Part shown: in pieces, positions 38,690 through 52,280 of the stretch
Layout: every line of letters starts with the position of its first letter
How positions within the stretch are numbered: the first letter of the stretch is position 1
Assembly (NCBI GenBank): GCA_002269645.1
Contig: NIVC01000349.1
Coordinates: 558,001 to 622,000 of the forward strand
Length of the DNA stretch: 64,000 nt
Origin: Macrostomum lignano
Taxonomy: Eukaryota
Direction: 5' to 3'
Translations under genes and position numbers: made by a program
Notes under the pieces: model-generated
Databases searched by the model: none
What the model was told of the DNA's origin: nothing
Seen by the model: only the letters and a program-made list of their open reading frames with translations

Positions 38690-39560
38690 GGAATAGACGA
38701 TTTGAAGAGAGAAGAGGTGACAGAGGGGATAAAAGAAAAGATAAAAGATAATAGGAGAAATGAGGGAGTGAGGATGATAAGAGAGAGGGGGAGAAAAGGG
38801 GACAGAGTAGAGATGAGAGCAGAGAGCTGCAGATGAGAGGAGACGGGAGACAGCAGAAAGGAAAGCAGAGAGGAAAGAGGTGAAAGAAGAGATGAAAGAG
38901 TAAAGGGAAGAGAGAAGAGATAAAGATAGGCCTACATCTCTACATCTCTAAGGTTATAGAGATAAGAGAGGTGGAAGGAGAGATGAGAAATGAGAGATGA
39001 GAGATAAAGGAGAGAGGAGAGTGGAGAGAGAGAAGAGAGGGAGAGAGAGTATAGAAAAAGGAAGAAAAGAGAAAAGAAGAAAAGAGAAAGCAAAGTGAAG
39101 AGTCAAAAGAGGGAAAAGAAAAGAGTATAGAGGAGAGAGGTGAGAGAAGATATAAGACAGAAATGCCAGAATAAAGAGGGGGATGAGAGAGCAGAGACAA
39201 GAGTGAACAGATGAAAGATGGGAGAGTAGAGAGAATGGAGGAGAGATTACAGAGACAAGAGGAGAGAGGAGAGACAAAGGGAGAGAAGTGAGTAAGGAGA
39301 GAGGAGAGGAAAGAGGAGAATAGGGAGGGGAGAGAGTAGAGAGAGGAGAGATAAGAGAGAGAGAGAGAGAGAGAGAGAGGGGAGCAGAGAGAAATGAGAA
39401 GAGATAAGAGAGAAAAGATAAAAGAAGAAAAAGGAAAGATAAGAGAGCAAAGATGAGAGAGAAAAGAGATGAGGGAAGATACGAGAGAAGAGGGGAGGAG
39501 AGATGAGGGATTAGAGAGAAGAGAGGAAACAGAAGAGACAATAGAAATTTTAAAGGATCC
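38690..39560. repeat. GA-rich low-complexity tract
   Basis: Almost purely purine on the + strand, including (GA)n. Confidence 0.85.
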
Positions 39561-40048
39561 AAGAGACATAGGGAGAGTCAGGGAGAGACCAGAGTTTGCC
39601 AATAAATGTTTTAGAGTCAAACAGACATTTCCTGACATTTTGTGCAATACCCCAGCCAACAATATCAATGTTTGCCTCAAACCCTAATTTTACATGAATG
39701 TTTCCATTTTATGTCTACCTCTATCCTACTAACTATTAACAAGTTTTTGTTTGTGTATGGCCTTAGATTTTAGAATACATGCAAAAATAGTTCCCAGGAT
39801 TAGAATTCCCTGGGTTCAAAATCCATAGGTTTCAACATACCTATATGTACTTTATGGGCTATCATCAGTACGAATTACCTTGGGTAGCTTCAGTGCCTAA
39901 GCAGCAAGACACTGCTGACCAACAAAGACAACAAAATTAGAATTTTCAGATCAACAAAATTAATAAAATGTAGACAGTGATTGATAAATGTGTGCATGGT
40001 TGAAAAATGAAAAGGAAGAAAAATAGGTAAGAATTTAGAATAATTTAA

Positions 40049-41195
40049 GGGTCACTTTCACAAGCCCTAAATTTCACAACGTTGCAAGACACAAACTTTC
40101 ATAAGCTCTAAATTTCATAAACCCTAATTTTCACATTGTCGAAAAGTTGTGCATAGTATTTCATAAGCTCTAAATTTCACAACGTCAAAAACAAAACTTG
40201 CATCAGACTGCATAAACTATAAATTTCACAAGCCATACTTTTCATAAGACCTAATTTTCACAATGTCGAAAAGTTGTGCACAGAATTTCATAAGCTCTAA
40301 ATTTCACAAGCTCTAAATTTCACAATGTCTAAAAACACTATGGAGATACAATCTATCAGACGTGTTTTTAGGCATTGTGAAATTTAGGTCTTGTGAAAGA
40401 TTGTATCTCCATAGTGTTTTTAGGCATTGTGAAATTTAGGTATTGTGAAAGATTGTATCTCCATAGTGTTTTTAGGCGTTGTGAAATTTAGGTCTTGTGA
40501 AAGATTGTATCTCCATAGTGTTTTTAGGCATTGTGAAATTTAGGTCTTGTGAAAGATTGTATCTCCATAGTGTTTTTAGGCGTTGTGAAATTTAGGTCTT
40601 GTGAAAGATTGTATCTCCATAGTGTTTTTAGGCATTGTGAAATTTAGGTCTTGTGAAAGATTGTATCTCCATAGTGTTTTTAGGCGTTGTGAAATTTAGG
40701 TCTTGTGAAAGATTGTATCTCCATAGTGTTTTTAGGCGTTGTGAAATTTAGGTCTTGTGAAAGATTGTATCTCCATAGTGTTTTTAGGCATTGTGAAATT
40801 TAGGTCTTGTGAAAGATTGTATCTCCATAGTGTTTTTAGGCGTTGTGAAATTTAGGTCTTGTGAAAGATTGTATCTCCATAGTGTTTTTAGGCATTGTGA
40901 AATTTAGGTCTTGTGAAAGATTGTATCTCCATAGTGTTTTTAGGCATTGTGAAATTTAGGTCTTGTGAAAGATTGTATCTCCATAGTGTTTTTAGGCATT
41001 GTGAAATTTAGAGCTTCTGAAAATAGAAGCAAATTTAATTTTTGACATTGTGATATTTAGGGTTTGTGAAATTTAGAGATAGTAAAATTTAGGGCTTTTG
41101 AAATTCCGTGCATGCCTTTAAGGTATTATGAAATATAGGTCTTATGAAAGGTTCTGGTTTCGACGTTGTGAAAATTAGGGTTTGTGAAACGACCC
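40049..41195. mobile_element. Non-autonomous TIR DNA transposon, Kolobok-like (TTAA TSD, GGG..CCC termini)
   Basis: Left TTAA|GGGTCACTTTCACAAGCCCTAAATTTCACAACGT and right ACGTTGTGAAAATTAGGGTTTGTGAAACGACCC|TTAA. TTAA with purine-starting termini fits Kolobok rather than piggyBac (CC..GG). Confidence 0.7.
40370..41000. repeat. 52-bp satellite inside the Kolobok-like element
   Basis: About 12 near-identical copies of TTGTGAAATTTAGGTCTTGTGAAAGATTGTATCTCCATAGTGTTTTTAGGCR. Confidence 0.92.
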
Positions 41196-41408
41196 TTAAT
41201 TTAACACAGAAATGGGGAACTAACTAGGTCTAGAACATTGGTCATTGCCAAATTTAGTTTAATGTATGCAATATAATTATAATATATATTATATAAATAT
41301 ATAAAATAAAAATACATATTGTGATAACTGATACAAACTCATATATTGTTATATTCTTTGATTAATTGATTTGCACCATCTTAAAAAAGGCATAGAACTT
41401 TAATTTTT

Positions 41409-44400
41409 GGTAAGGGGTAAAACACTACCCGAAAAATGGGGTAACAAGCTACCTGATGATTTTAGGCGTCTACCTGCTTCAAATTGTCCAGAAAATGTGC
41501 CTAACCTATGCAGCTTCTAGTGTGGAATTTTTTTAGGTGAAAAACTGAAAGATTATGATGAAAATCACGTTTATTTTTGTTGGTAGTGTTAATTTACTCC
41601 AAAAAGCTACCCAAAACTACCCGACCCCTACCCCCGTCATTGAGAATCGAAAATCAATAGCTAAGCTTACTTTTACATCTTCTGCCATAATGTATAATAT
41701 CAAGTGGTTTTAACGTGTATGAGCAAAGTTAGGGTAATGGGTAATTTGTTTTACTGTATTTTACTTTCGCATTTTTTAATAGGCATTTTCATTTACGTTT
41801 GGCAACTTAGTTATTGTGTAGCCCGTTAAGCTAGTGTAAGGTGCAAACTAATATTAAAGTATCGTTTTTTAGTTGATGCATAGTATAGAAAATAAATTAC
41901 ATCTAATAGAGGCTCGGTATATTTTTGCCTCAATTCAAAGTGAATTTCACTGTCGAAGTTTTTTATGGTTAGGCCTAACATTAAATTTATTCATTAAAAA
42001 TTAAGCAGATTGTGTAAAGTATAAGTATGAAATGCCATATACCATATGTCAGCTGTCCTTTATAAGTTTATATATTTACGCTTTGTATACCAGAAGCATA
42101 ATACTATGTTTACTCAATTATTTTTGGCCATGCCTTGTCTGTCACTACCATTGGGCATTGCTATGGATGGCTTTTGATAGGTTTTTGAATACTCATTTTA
42201 GATTCTTCTTATATTGTGGCAGGCTGTGAAGCACTTCTATATTTAGGAATGGATCATGATCTAATTAGAGTTACTATTTTACTTTATCCTACTCTACTTT
42301 AAGGAAGTTTCGGGAATAGCAAAACCATGATATTGATTATACTTATAGAATTTTACAATAGGAAGAATAAATTAAGAAAGGACCATAATCTAATGGGGGT
42401 TATTAAAATTTGCTTTCTCACTTTGTCTATTGGCCTTATAAATTTAATAGCAAATTGGAAATGCTTTTAAGTTGATAACTAGACTTAGTTTGTTATCTAT
42501 TTTTGCCCTAGGGCTCTCTATTATTCTTTCTCTTGGTTCTAACTTATATACACTTTATATATACTTTATAAAGTATACAATACACTTTTCTTCTAATATT
42601 TCTCTTGTCTAAACTTCCTCTCTTTGGTAGTGGTTGTGCCCAAGCAGCTTGGCACTCTTTCTTATAGTCTAGGCATTGTGATCTAGAGGGTCATAGCAAT
42701 TACACAATCTAAATGATTGGAATACTTCTTGAATTTAGACTTCAATGATTTGCTCACTTTCAAGCTAATTGCTCTTTGTTGCTCATTAGTAAGATGATTC
42801 CTTTTAGTCTAACCACCTATATATTTATAGTAATTTTTCAAGATATTTAAAAAAATATAATTTTATGCTTTAATTGGGCATCTAAATATAATACAATATT
42901 GTAGAATATTTGAGTGTTTTAACAAAGTTTACTAGGCCTATATGATTTGAACATTAAAAGAAATTGCTTTGATACAAAATCAATTTTCAAATATTCAATA
43001 GTGAATATTTTAAAGATGGCCTAATAATTTCTAATTATAATATCTTTTAGACAAAATTTGGAATGAATAATAGCAAAATGCAATATTTACTTGTTTGTCA
43101 TAGCCTTCTAATTAGACTGATAAAAGTTTTATACAATTATAGCATTTTGTGCCTTACTTTGCTTTTTATCTGTTATGATTACAATTAAAGTCCAAACTTA
43201 TTTAATAACTAACTTAGAGTATTGCAAACTGAAGATTCTATTATTAGTATATATTTTCATTTTTAGAATACTAGATTGTCATAGGCCTGGCATTACTTGG
43301 CATTTACTTGGCAAATGCCATAGGCCTAGGCCTGGCCAAGTAACTGATTACATGGCATTACCTGGCATTTACTTAGCATTAGTTGGCATTTACTTGGCAG
43401 ACACCTGGCATTAGTTGGCATTTACTTGGCATTAGTTGGTATCAGATGGTATACATTAGTTTTCAGTTTGCATTGGGTTGGTTCATAAATGTAAAGTGTA
43501 GTAACTATAGGACAAGCACAAATAGTATCTCTGTAGTACTATTGTCTCTGATCCAGTCTTTCTGAGTGTCTGTCAATTTAGATGCTAATGTTAGACTTCT
43601 AAAATCCTATAAAAATTGCAGCTGAACCTCCTATAGACTACACTTACTGTAGACTTACTGCAGCCTGGTCCGCCACTGCCATGTCCTGATAGTTCTGTAA
43701 TTGTGGTGTTTGCACTCCCACAAGATCTACCATTGCGCAGTATATGCCAAAGGCTTTGTGTTTATACTCGTGGAATGACTGCGTCTTGTGTTCACATTTA
43801 CAGTCAGCATGGCTACAAGCGGTGTGGTAAAGACCGAGTGTCTGTTATTACTTCCATTGAAGAGCCTAAAGTGGCTATATTTCTACATGGCGTATATGGT
43901 GGAGCAATCCATGGCAAGCACCACCAAAATGGTAAAGAGTGGCTTTGTTGTCTTTCTACCCCATCTAGACAGTAAATTTACCTCACCAACCTTGCCTTGC
44001 TCATCCGTGCACATCACCACACATGCGACGTATACTTCAACGTTTGCTCACCCAGTTGGTGCTCTGTGGGAATGACCGCGTTCTTCGATGCTTTATTCTG
44101 TGGTTGATCTCTGCTCCGCTATTCCGTTATAGAACAATGAGCCCAATCATAGCCATTATAATGAAGAGTTAGTCAATAACCTTGAAGTAAACATTGGCAA
44201 GCAGGAGCTGGGCGGCGACAAGCAGGAGCTGGGCGGCGATGAGCAGGAGCTGGGCGGCGACAAGCAGGAGCTGGGCGGCGACGAGCAGGAGCTGGGCGGC
44301 AATGAGCAGGAGCTGGGAGGAGACAAGCAAGAGTCGGTTGTCCTGATGCAGCTGCAATCGCGGCAAGTAAAATCTCAGATGATGCTTCGTAAACGGCGTG

Positions 44401-46332
44401 TGGGATGAGCAAGATAATCTATTTAAAATTTCCATATGGATTCACTTGATCTGTGAAACCCGCACTAGCCGTACTAGAAACAATATGCATTGTGGACACA
44501 AATGTTTAAGAAACAGTTATCTCATAGACTTTTAATAGTGGTTTATGGAACCAATATCAATATAAGTGAAAGGAACTTATTTCTAAGACACTAAACTAGG
44601 ATACAAAATGTGATCCATGTCTTCTGTTTGTTTTTCTAATAGAAATGAGACCTAGCAAGCTGTTAGTAGCAATCCATTTGTTAGGTCAATGCGTATACGT
44701 TAGCCATATTTGGAAGAGTAAGTTTTAAAGTGTAATTCTCTTGGGGTGCTCTACACGCATCCCGACAAAAAATTTCTGGACATAATCAGCGTACTTTTGG
44801 TAATCCATTTTGCATCTGTAATTTTGTAATTTCTCTATTCCTTGGACCTTGAAATATATTGTCTTAGCTCCTACGTGTTTTCTTTATATCCATAAGAACC
44901 ATCTGATTCTTATCAATTTAGTCAATTTAGAGCAACAATAAATTTCGTAATTGACATTTATCTTAATTGACTTTTGGAACATCTCAACTTTCACTAAATC
45001 ACCCAGGATTCGCCCCATTCTGGTCCGTGATATCGCTAGGTGCTGTGCAAATGGTGCACAAATACGTAGATAGTGAACTTTTAGGCACAGAAATGCACTA
45101 TACAATGCTTTGAGATTTCTACTTTAGAATATCAAACTTTGAGATTCCAAATCTCTAAGCCGAGAAAAAGTTAAAAATAGCTCCAACTTTTTTGCCTCAC
45201 TGCCTGGCGTCTCCGGAGTTTTGCCATTTGATTTCTCATGCCAAAATCATTGGGAAAGAGTCATTTTGCAAGTGGGCAATCATTTTGAAAAAATTTTGAC
45301 TTTTCAAAATCTCAGGTCAACTTACTAAAGTAATCCATGCCCATACCAGCCATTCGAGCTCGAGTACATACTCGTAGAACCGCCCAACATCATCCGGACC
45401 ACGCTACATTTTGATTGGGCATGCAAAATGCGTTCGAAAGACGGCAACGCGGTCGCTCAGAACCTATTAGAAGCGCTTCTAGTGGGCTAAAATAGCACAT
45501 CTATTGGGTCTTATATCGATTTTTTTATCAGAAATCAGCATTTAGTCTATAAACCTATCAAAAGCCATCCATAGAATGCCCAATGGTAGTGACAGACAAG
45601 GCATGGCCAAAAATAATTGAGTAAACATAGTATTATGCTTCTGGTATACAAAGCGTAAATATATAAACTTATAAAGGACAGCTGACATATGGTATATGGC
45701 ATTTCATACTTATACTTTACACAATCTGCTTAATTTTTAATGAATAAATTTAATGTTATTGTTAGGCCTAGGGCCTAACCATAAAAAACTTCAACAGTGA
45801 AATTCACTTTGAATTGAGGCAAAAATATACCAAGCCTCTATTAGATGTAATTTATTTTCTATACTATGCATCAACTAAAAAATGATGCTTTAATATTAGT
45901 TTGCACCTTACACTAGCTTAACGGGCTACATAATAACTAAGTCAAACGTAAACGAAAATGCCTGTTAAAAAATGCAAAAGTAAAATACAGTAAAACAAAT
46001 TACCCATTACCCTAACTTTGCTCATACACGTTAAAACCACTTGATATTATACATTATGGCAGAAGATGTAAAAGTAAGCTTAGCTATTGATTTTCGATTC
46101 TCAATGACGGGGGTAGGGGTCGGGTAGTTTTGGGTAGCTTTTTGGAGTAAAACACTACCAACAAAAATAAACGTGAATTTCATTATAATCTTTCAGTTTT
46201 TCACCTAAAAAAATTCCACACTAGAAGCTGCATAGGTTAGCCGCATTTTCTGGACGATTTGAAGCAGGTAGACGCCTAAAATCATCGGGTAGCCTGTTAC
46301 CCCATTTCTTGGGTAGTGTTTTACCCCTTACC
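41409..46332. mobile_element. Mutator-like (MULE/foldback) element, 4.9 kb, ~780-bp TIRs (41409-42184 and 45551-46332), 9-bp TSD TTAATTTTT
   Basis: The long inverted repeat is readable base by base, with termini GGTAAGGGGTAAAACACTACCC..GGGTAGTGTTTTACCCCTTACC. An identical 9-mer lies at 41400-41408 and 46333-46341. Long TIRs, G-start termini and a 9-bp TSD are established Mutator traits. Confidence 0.85.
43659..44408 (+). pseudogene. Coding-like cargo inside the MULE: degenerate SWIM-like motif and a terminal exon with (K/E)QELGGD repeats
   Basis: LCVYTRGMTASCVHI (~43755-43800) matches CxC-x7-CxH if TAT(Y) derives from TGT(C). A pyrimidine-rich acceptor precedes 44133, followed by a 91-codon open frame ending MLRKRRVG*. 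Confidence 0.35.
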
Positions 46333-46815
46333 TTAATTTTTGGTTGTTTACTATCTCTAATGATTTCTATATAAGATAATTCGAGTGAACTATCAGTAAT
46401 AATATAGAATTGTCTAAATCTGAACATATATAATAATGCAAAAAAGAGGTCCGAGGTCCTGGGAGACTGGGAGTCGCCAACTATTCGCTGCATGGGTTGT
46501 TGATTCGGGTCCATATAATCTTTAATTACTTTGATTGCGTTGCGGCTCTACAATAATCTAAATATACTAAATCTCTAATATTTGTTTGTTTCTAATTGTA
46601 TGTCCATAACGCTATAGTACTTCTACTATATTTGGTTGGCGACTTGGCGACTTTGAGATTTCTCCAAATTTCTCCAAAAACGTACGGGTGAAGGGCTGAT
46701 GTTTTTGTAGTTGAGTTGTTCTAAATTCATAATGGTTGGATCAACGATTGGACTATTCGAGTTTTTAATGTCAATTACAACTGGCCTACATGCAGAATTT
46801 GTTTGACTTGGTTTC

Positions 46816-46996
46816 CAGTGGCACAACCAGCGGCCGGCGGGGGGCGGTCGCCGCCCCCCTCAGGCGGAGACCGAAAAAAATTCGAAGGGGGACCAAGCGA
46901 ATTTTCGCCAAAAACAGAGCCGCCCCTCCGCCCCCCTCCCGGGTCTTTACTCTTCAGAAACCGCCCCCTTAGAAAATTTCCATGGTTGCGCTACTG
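46816..46996. mobile_element. hAT-type MITE (181 bp)
   Basis: TIRs CAGTGGCACAACCA / TGGTTGCGCTACTG. 8-bp TSD TTGGTTTC / TTGGCTTC (1 mismatch). GC-rich interior in AT-rich surroundings. Confidence 0.75.
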
Positions 46997-48069
46997 TTGG
47001 CTTCAGTCCTGGAAATTATCTCTGGCAGTTTCCAGGAGTGGGGGAGTGATTTTTCCTAAACTAAGAGTTGATAGTTAGAACATCGGGGAAGCTTAACGAG
47101 AAAACTTAGAAAAGTAATAGGGTGATCCTTCCGTACCAATGCAAAATTCCAAAATTCCTGTAAATTCCAAAGTCTTTTTTCAACTAAAATATGAATATTT
47201 AACTATGCGTACAGAACAACCAGTACAAAAATTAATCTTTCACCAGAACCACATAGCAGTACCTTACTGCTGTAACCAGTAGTACATGTATGTACATGTA
47301 TATATATGACTGAGATAGAGCATTCGACGTGTAAGTTCTTTGATTACTTACCGAATTTTGCCCCAAAAATATATTTGCTTGTTTGAATACAAAATTTTTT
47401 ATTATCGCATACTGCAGCGCAGTGTGCATGTAATTTTAATGTACTTTTTATTACATGTTACAATGTATACGCGGCCTATTAAAACCAATTAACTTTATAA
47501 ACTCCATCATGAGATGGACACCCTGGGAGGAAGCTGAATACTGCAGTGGCTGCATGGCAACAATGGGATTGATGAAACGTAGATATCTATAAGACTGTGC
47601 CATTTTTGTGTGAAAGTGTACTATACTGCACTATACTACTACTTATACTAATGTTCTGACATAGGGTCAAAATAGCTTTATTTAGTTAAATAAACAAATT
47701 TATTTTAAAATAAGCTCAAGCTAGTTTGATTATGAAACTATCTATATTCTACCAGTATGTAAATATGTATTAGTTTATATATAAGATTCAGTATAGGATT
47801 TTAGTGAAAGACGGTTGACTGACTGATAATTCGTGCATACATGTACATGTAAGTTTGAATGGAAAAGAATAGGCAAACGAATTGTGAACCTTATACCTAC
47901 AGTATTATAAATTTGAAAAACTTTATCCCATGCATGTATTGAAGGCACCATGCGAAAATGCTGGTTTGACAGTTGCTGCATACAGGTTCTGCAGGACTCA
48001 CAAAAAAGTAAAGCTGCACATGTCATTTTTTGTGTGCCACACAATCACCTGTGGCACTTTTTGCAACCC

Positions 48070-48900
48070 CGGGCTGTGACAGAAAATTACAGAGATATTA
48101 TACTTATCATGCTGTTACAGTAGATTACAGGAAATAAACATGCGGTGACAGTAAATTACAGAGATTTACATGCTGTGACCGTAAACTACAGGGATGTGTC
48201 ATGCTGTGACAGTAAATTACCGAGATTTATCATGCTGTGACAGTAAATTACAGAGATTGATCATGCTGTGACAGTAAATTACCGAGATTTATCATGCTGT
48301 GACAGTAAATTACAGAGATTGATCATGCTGTGACAGTAAATTACCGAGATTTATCATGCTGTGACAGTAAATTACCGAGATTTATCATGCTGTGACAGTA
48401 AATGACAGAGATTGATCATGCTGTGACAGTAAATTACAGAGATTTATCATGCTGTGACAGTAAATTGCAGAGATTTATCATACTGTGACAGTAAATTACA
48501 GAGATTTATCATGCTGTGGCAGTAAATTACAGAGATTTATCATGCTGTGACAGTAAATTACAGGGATTTTTCAGGCTGTGACAGTAAATTACAGAGATTG
48601 ATCATGCTGTGGCAGTAAATTACAGGGATTTTTCAGGCTGTGACAGTAAATTACAGGGATTTGTCATGCTGTGACAGTAAATTACAAAGATTGATCATGC
48701 TGTGACTGTAAATTACAGAGATTGATCATGCTGTGACAGTAAATTACAGGGATTTGTCATGCTGTGACAGTAAATTACAGAGATTGATCATGCTGTGACT
48801 GTAAATTACAGAGATTTTTCATGCTGTGACAGTAAATTACAGGGATTTGTCATGCTGTGACAGTAAATTACAGAGACGTTCATGTATCTATCATGCTGTG
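48070..48900. repeat. 31-bp minisatellite (CATGCTGTGACAGTAAATTACAGAGATTTAT) 3' of the DEG/ENaC gene
   Basis: About 26 copies visible. Confidence 0.92.
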
Positions 48901-48973
48901 ATGAAGAAGCAGCCATTGAAACTGAACCCAGTGACCGATCCAAATCGCTATGCAGAGAGCTGCCGGTTCGAAC

Positions 48974-51082
48974 TCAGGACTCTTCTTCAGTGTCCGAGTC
49001 GTCATCATTTCTCCTGCACCTCTGCACCAGAATATAGATGAACTCAAGCAGCTCAAATGTGCTCACGACGCTGATGCCGAGCCAGAGTCCCAGAGTTCCT
49101 CCGACCTGCGGAATATCGAGGAAAAATTGAAAACTGGCACAGCAGCTCAGTGTTGCTAAGGGAACCAGGGTGGTGGGATTTGCTGGAGCCGATTTTAACT
49201 GGGCATGCAAGTGGAGCTGAGGGTGAGACAGTGGGGCTAAGGCGGGTCTGACCACCAGCCTTAAACACTGGAATATTGCAATAACCGGAATGCAGCTCTC
49301 ACCTCCGACAGGGCCTCAGTCCAGTGGTATCTGTACATCTCTTCGTAAACGTCCGCGGCAGGACTCTGCAAGCTGATGCTGACTGCTGCCAGGTTCTCCG
49401 CCAATTCGCTATGACGAACGCAAGGCGTTCCGAAATTTATATAATCTTCGTATGCCTGTAAGTTCTTTAATTAATAAACATTACGGCAGGTTCTGTCGTG
49501 AGATAGACGAAAATTAACTAGAATTTCCTGTCTGGATCTGTGATTTTTCTTATAGATATGATGCACCTTGCCATCCTCGGGCAGGAACTCGACTCCATGT
49601 GTGACTTGTGGCACCATCAGGTTCTCCCAGATCTCTTGAATGGCGCTGAACGGGGGCCACCCGCGGCTCTGCTGCCAAGGCCGTTGCTGAGTGAATTGGC
49701 ACCACATCCGGTGTTGGAACTCCTTCGCCAGCTCCTCGCTTTTCCTCTGTGCGTGCTCAAACCAGTGATCATGGCAGTCGATTCTCTTCAGCACAGCATC
49801 CGATGGGGTGATCCACTCCTGTGGTGGAGCGAAGTAGCAAAGGTCGCTCGTATTCACCGAGAACGGGAGCAGGTGCGAGTAGCAGCCGCAGTTGCTGTGC
49901 AGGATGCTCTGCTGTGCCTCGACTACGAAATCGGAGACGGACTTTGAGTAGGCCTTGGTGACCACGTTCAGCGAGGCGTTGGAGAAGTGCCTGACATAGT
50001 TGATGGTTTCGATTGGAGGCTCGGAGCAACTGCGGCTCGGCGTCGACTTGAGTCGGTTGTGGACCGGCCTGAGTTTGATGGAGGTGCTGGTGGCTGAGGC
50101 CACGTCCACGAACTCGGTCTCTGCGGTTTGGCATGGGTTTGGCATTGGCTGTGAGACTGGTTTGGCATGGGTTGTGCGTGGGCTATGAGACTATGTGACC
50201 TACGAGCTATGAAAACAATTTAATGCGACCTCAAAATTACGTACGACTCATCGGGTAGCTTTTCGCGTCGTGAATGAAAAGGCGCAATCCAGTAGACTGA
50301 GGCTGGTTGTTCTGCAGTAGCCGATTGGCAGATCTGCTTCTGAATAATATGCGGGACATGCAGGATGGAGGGTTATTTTTTTCCTGTTCGGTCTGAAAAA
50401 TATACCTAGAATAGTAGGAACTGTCTGTGTAGCCATCGGTGAAGAGCACCATGTCGAGCTCGGCTCCCCTGCCCCCAGAACCGCTGGACGACTGCCCCGG
50501 GTCCGGGTGGAACGTGTAGCAGCTCCAGAACCGGCTGGTCTGGACAAGCGAGAAGTTCTTGTGACTGCAGGGCTCGTTGTTGTAGCGGCAGCTCAGCAGC
50601 ATGGTCTTATCGAGGTGGGAGATGTCTCTGGTGTCGCCCGACACCCACATCACGTCCAGGACCTTCTTGCACACCTTCTCAATTCGGTTTTGGTAGCTTT
50701 CATCCGATTCCTGCGGGCGCTTCTTGGTGTCCTCTTGGAACCAGTTGTCGAAGTTGCCCCAGAAGGCTTTCAAGTAGTTGTAATATTGACTATTCACGGA
50801 TAAGCTAAGAGACATGGGCTTGAAATTGCAGATTGTGACGTCGGGAAACTGGGCTCGTTCGCTCCTCAGCTTCAGCCGCGACTCAACGGAGCGATCGGTG
50901 AATTTCTGCACCAATTTTGCCAGGTGGACGGTGCAGCCGATCAGGGCAGCTACGAACAGAAGCAGCCAGAAGAGCCGTCGAGCTGTGCCTCTGGACAGGA
51001 ATATGTGCAGCAAGCCGTGGGTTCTCGTGATGCCAGCCACCTCCTGGGCGGCACCGGTCACCGTGCGGAGTCGGGCTCGCAT
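48974..51082 (-). CDS. DEG/ENaC/ASIC-family (FaNaC-like) cation channel subunit (~558 aa); exons 50245-51082, 49567-50120, 49303-49455, 48974-49105
   Basis: Pre-TM1 THG motif, TM1 (LFWLLLFVAALIGCTVHL), FPDVTICN, CRYNNEPC, GLRLFIHD..YP, Cys-rich CGC, WPP, ENLAAVSI..YEE and TM2 ALSE|VGGTLGLWLGISVVSTFELLEF with a GxS filter. Exons sum to 1677 nt; the 49566 donor is weak. Confidence 0.88.
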
Positions 51083-51709
51083 TTTCCTCTTCAGTTTTTA
51101 AAGCAGCCTGCAGAACGGAATGCTGTAGATTTCTTAAGGCAGTTGCTAAGGAGTTATTTGCTAGTACTCAGAGGTTATCGAGCGCTCAAGCCAAACTCTT
51201 CCGCTCGGCAGTCCTGTTCCGCAGTGCGAGCTGCATCCTATCGGTGCCCTAGACTAAAGCATTCCCGCAACTGGGTGGCTTATTTGCTACTTGGCTTACA
51301 TGGATTTTGCTACGCAATTTAGGCGCAGCTAAAACAGTACTGTATAGACTGTAGAGTATGTAATATTCTAGCCAATACATGCACATAATTTTCTAGCAAA
51401 TCTGGTCCCTAGATCCCGGTCAGATCGCCAGTGCTTTAAGGTTAAAGGTTAGGGGTCTGGTGAAGTCGCCAAAATGAGTACCTGTGGTGCCAAAATGAGT
51501 GTGCTAACAACACCGACTCGCAAAATAATTTACAAGTAGAATTCTTGTCTTTGTCCCCCCCCCCCCTTCGACCATAAAAGCCAGGGCAACGCAACTGCAA
51601 CGTAAAAAAAAATTAAACGTCAGAGTAAAATTACATTAAGAGTTTAGGCGTCAATTTTGAAAAGCTTGTAGGTTAATTCACTTTACTGCGATGACTCTTT
51701 AGTCAATGA

Positions 51710-52280
51710 ATGTTCACGAGGGAGCTGCCAGTCACTGAAAGTTCACGAGGGAGCTGCCAGTCACTGAATGTTCACGAGGGAGCTGCCAGTCACTGAATGT
51801 TCACGAGGGAGCTGCCAGTCACTGAATGTTCACGAGGGAGCTGCCAGTCACTGAATGTTCACGAGGGAGCTGCCAGTCACTGAATGTTCACGAGGGAGCT
51901 GCCAGTCACTGAATGTTCACGAGGGAGCTGTCAGGCTGTCAGTCACTGAATGCTCATGAGGGAGCTGTCAGGCTGTCAGTCACTGAATGCTCATGAGGGA
52001 GCTGTCAGGCTGTCAGTCACTGAATGCTCATGAGGGAGCTGTCAGGCTGTCGGTCACTGAATGCTCATGAGGGAGCTGTCAGGCTGTTAGTCACTAAATG
52101 CTCATGAGGGAGCTGTCAGGCTGTCAGTCACTGAATGTTCATGAGGGAGCTGTCAGGCTGTCAGTCACTGAATGCTCATGAGGGAGCTGTCAGGCTGTCA
52201 GTCACTGAATGCTCATGAGGGAGCTGTCAGGCTGTCAGTCACTGAATGTTCATGAGGGAGCTGTCAGGCTTTCAGTCACT
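51710..52280. repeat. Composite minisatellite: 29-bp unit (51710-51930) switching to a 37-bp unit
   Basis: TGAATGTTCACGAGGGAGCTGCCAGTCAC becomes TGAATGCTCATGAGGGAGCTGTCAGGCTGTCAGTCAC by an 8-bp internal duplication. Confidence 0.9.

Noticed and set aside
38940-39680. Multi-pass membrane protein ORFs rich in Leu/Ser
   Set aside because: They are the reverse complement of a GA-rich low-complexity tract.
19140-52280. CRISPR-like appearance of the 26-52-bp arrays
   Set aside because: Units are head-to-tail without unique spacers, there are no cas genes, and the context is eukaryotic.
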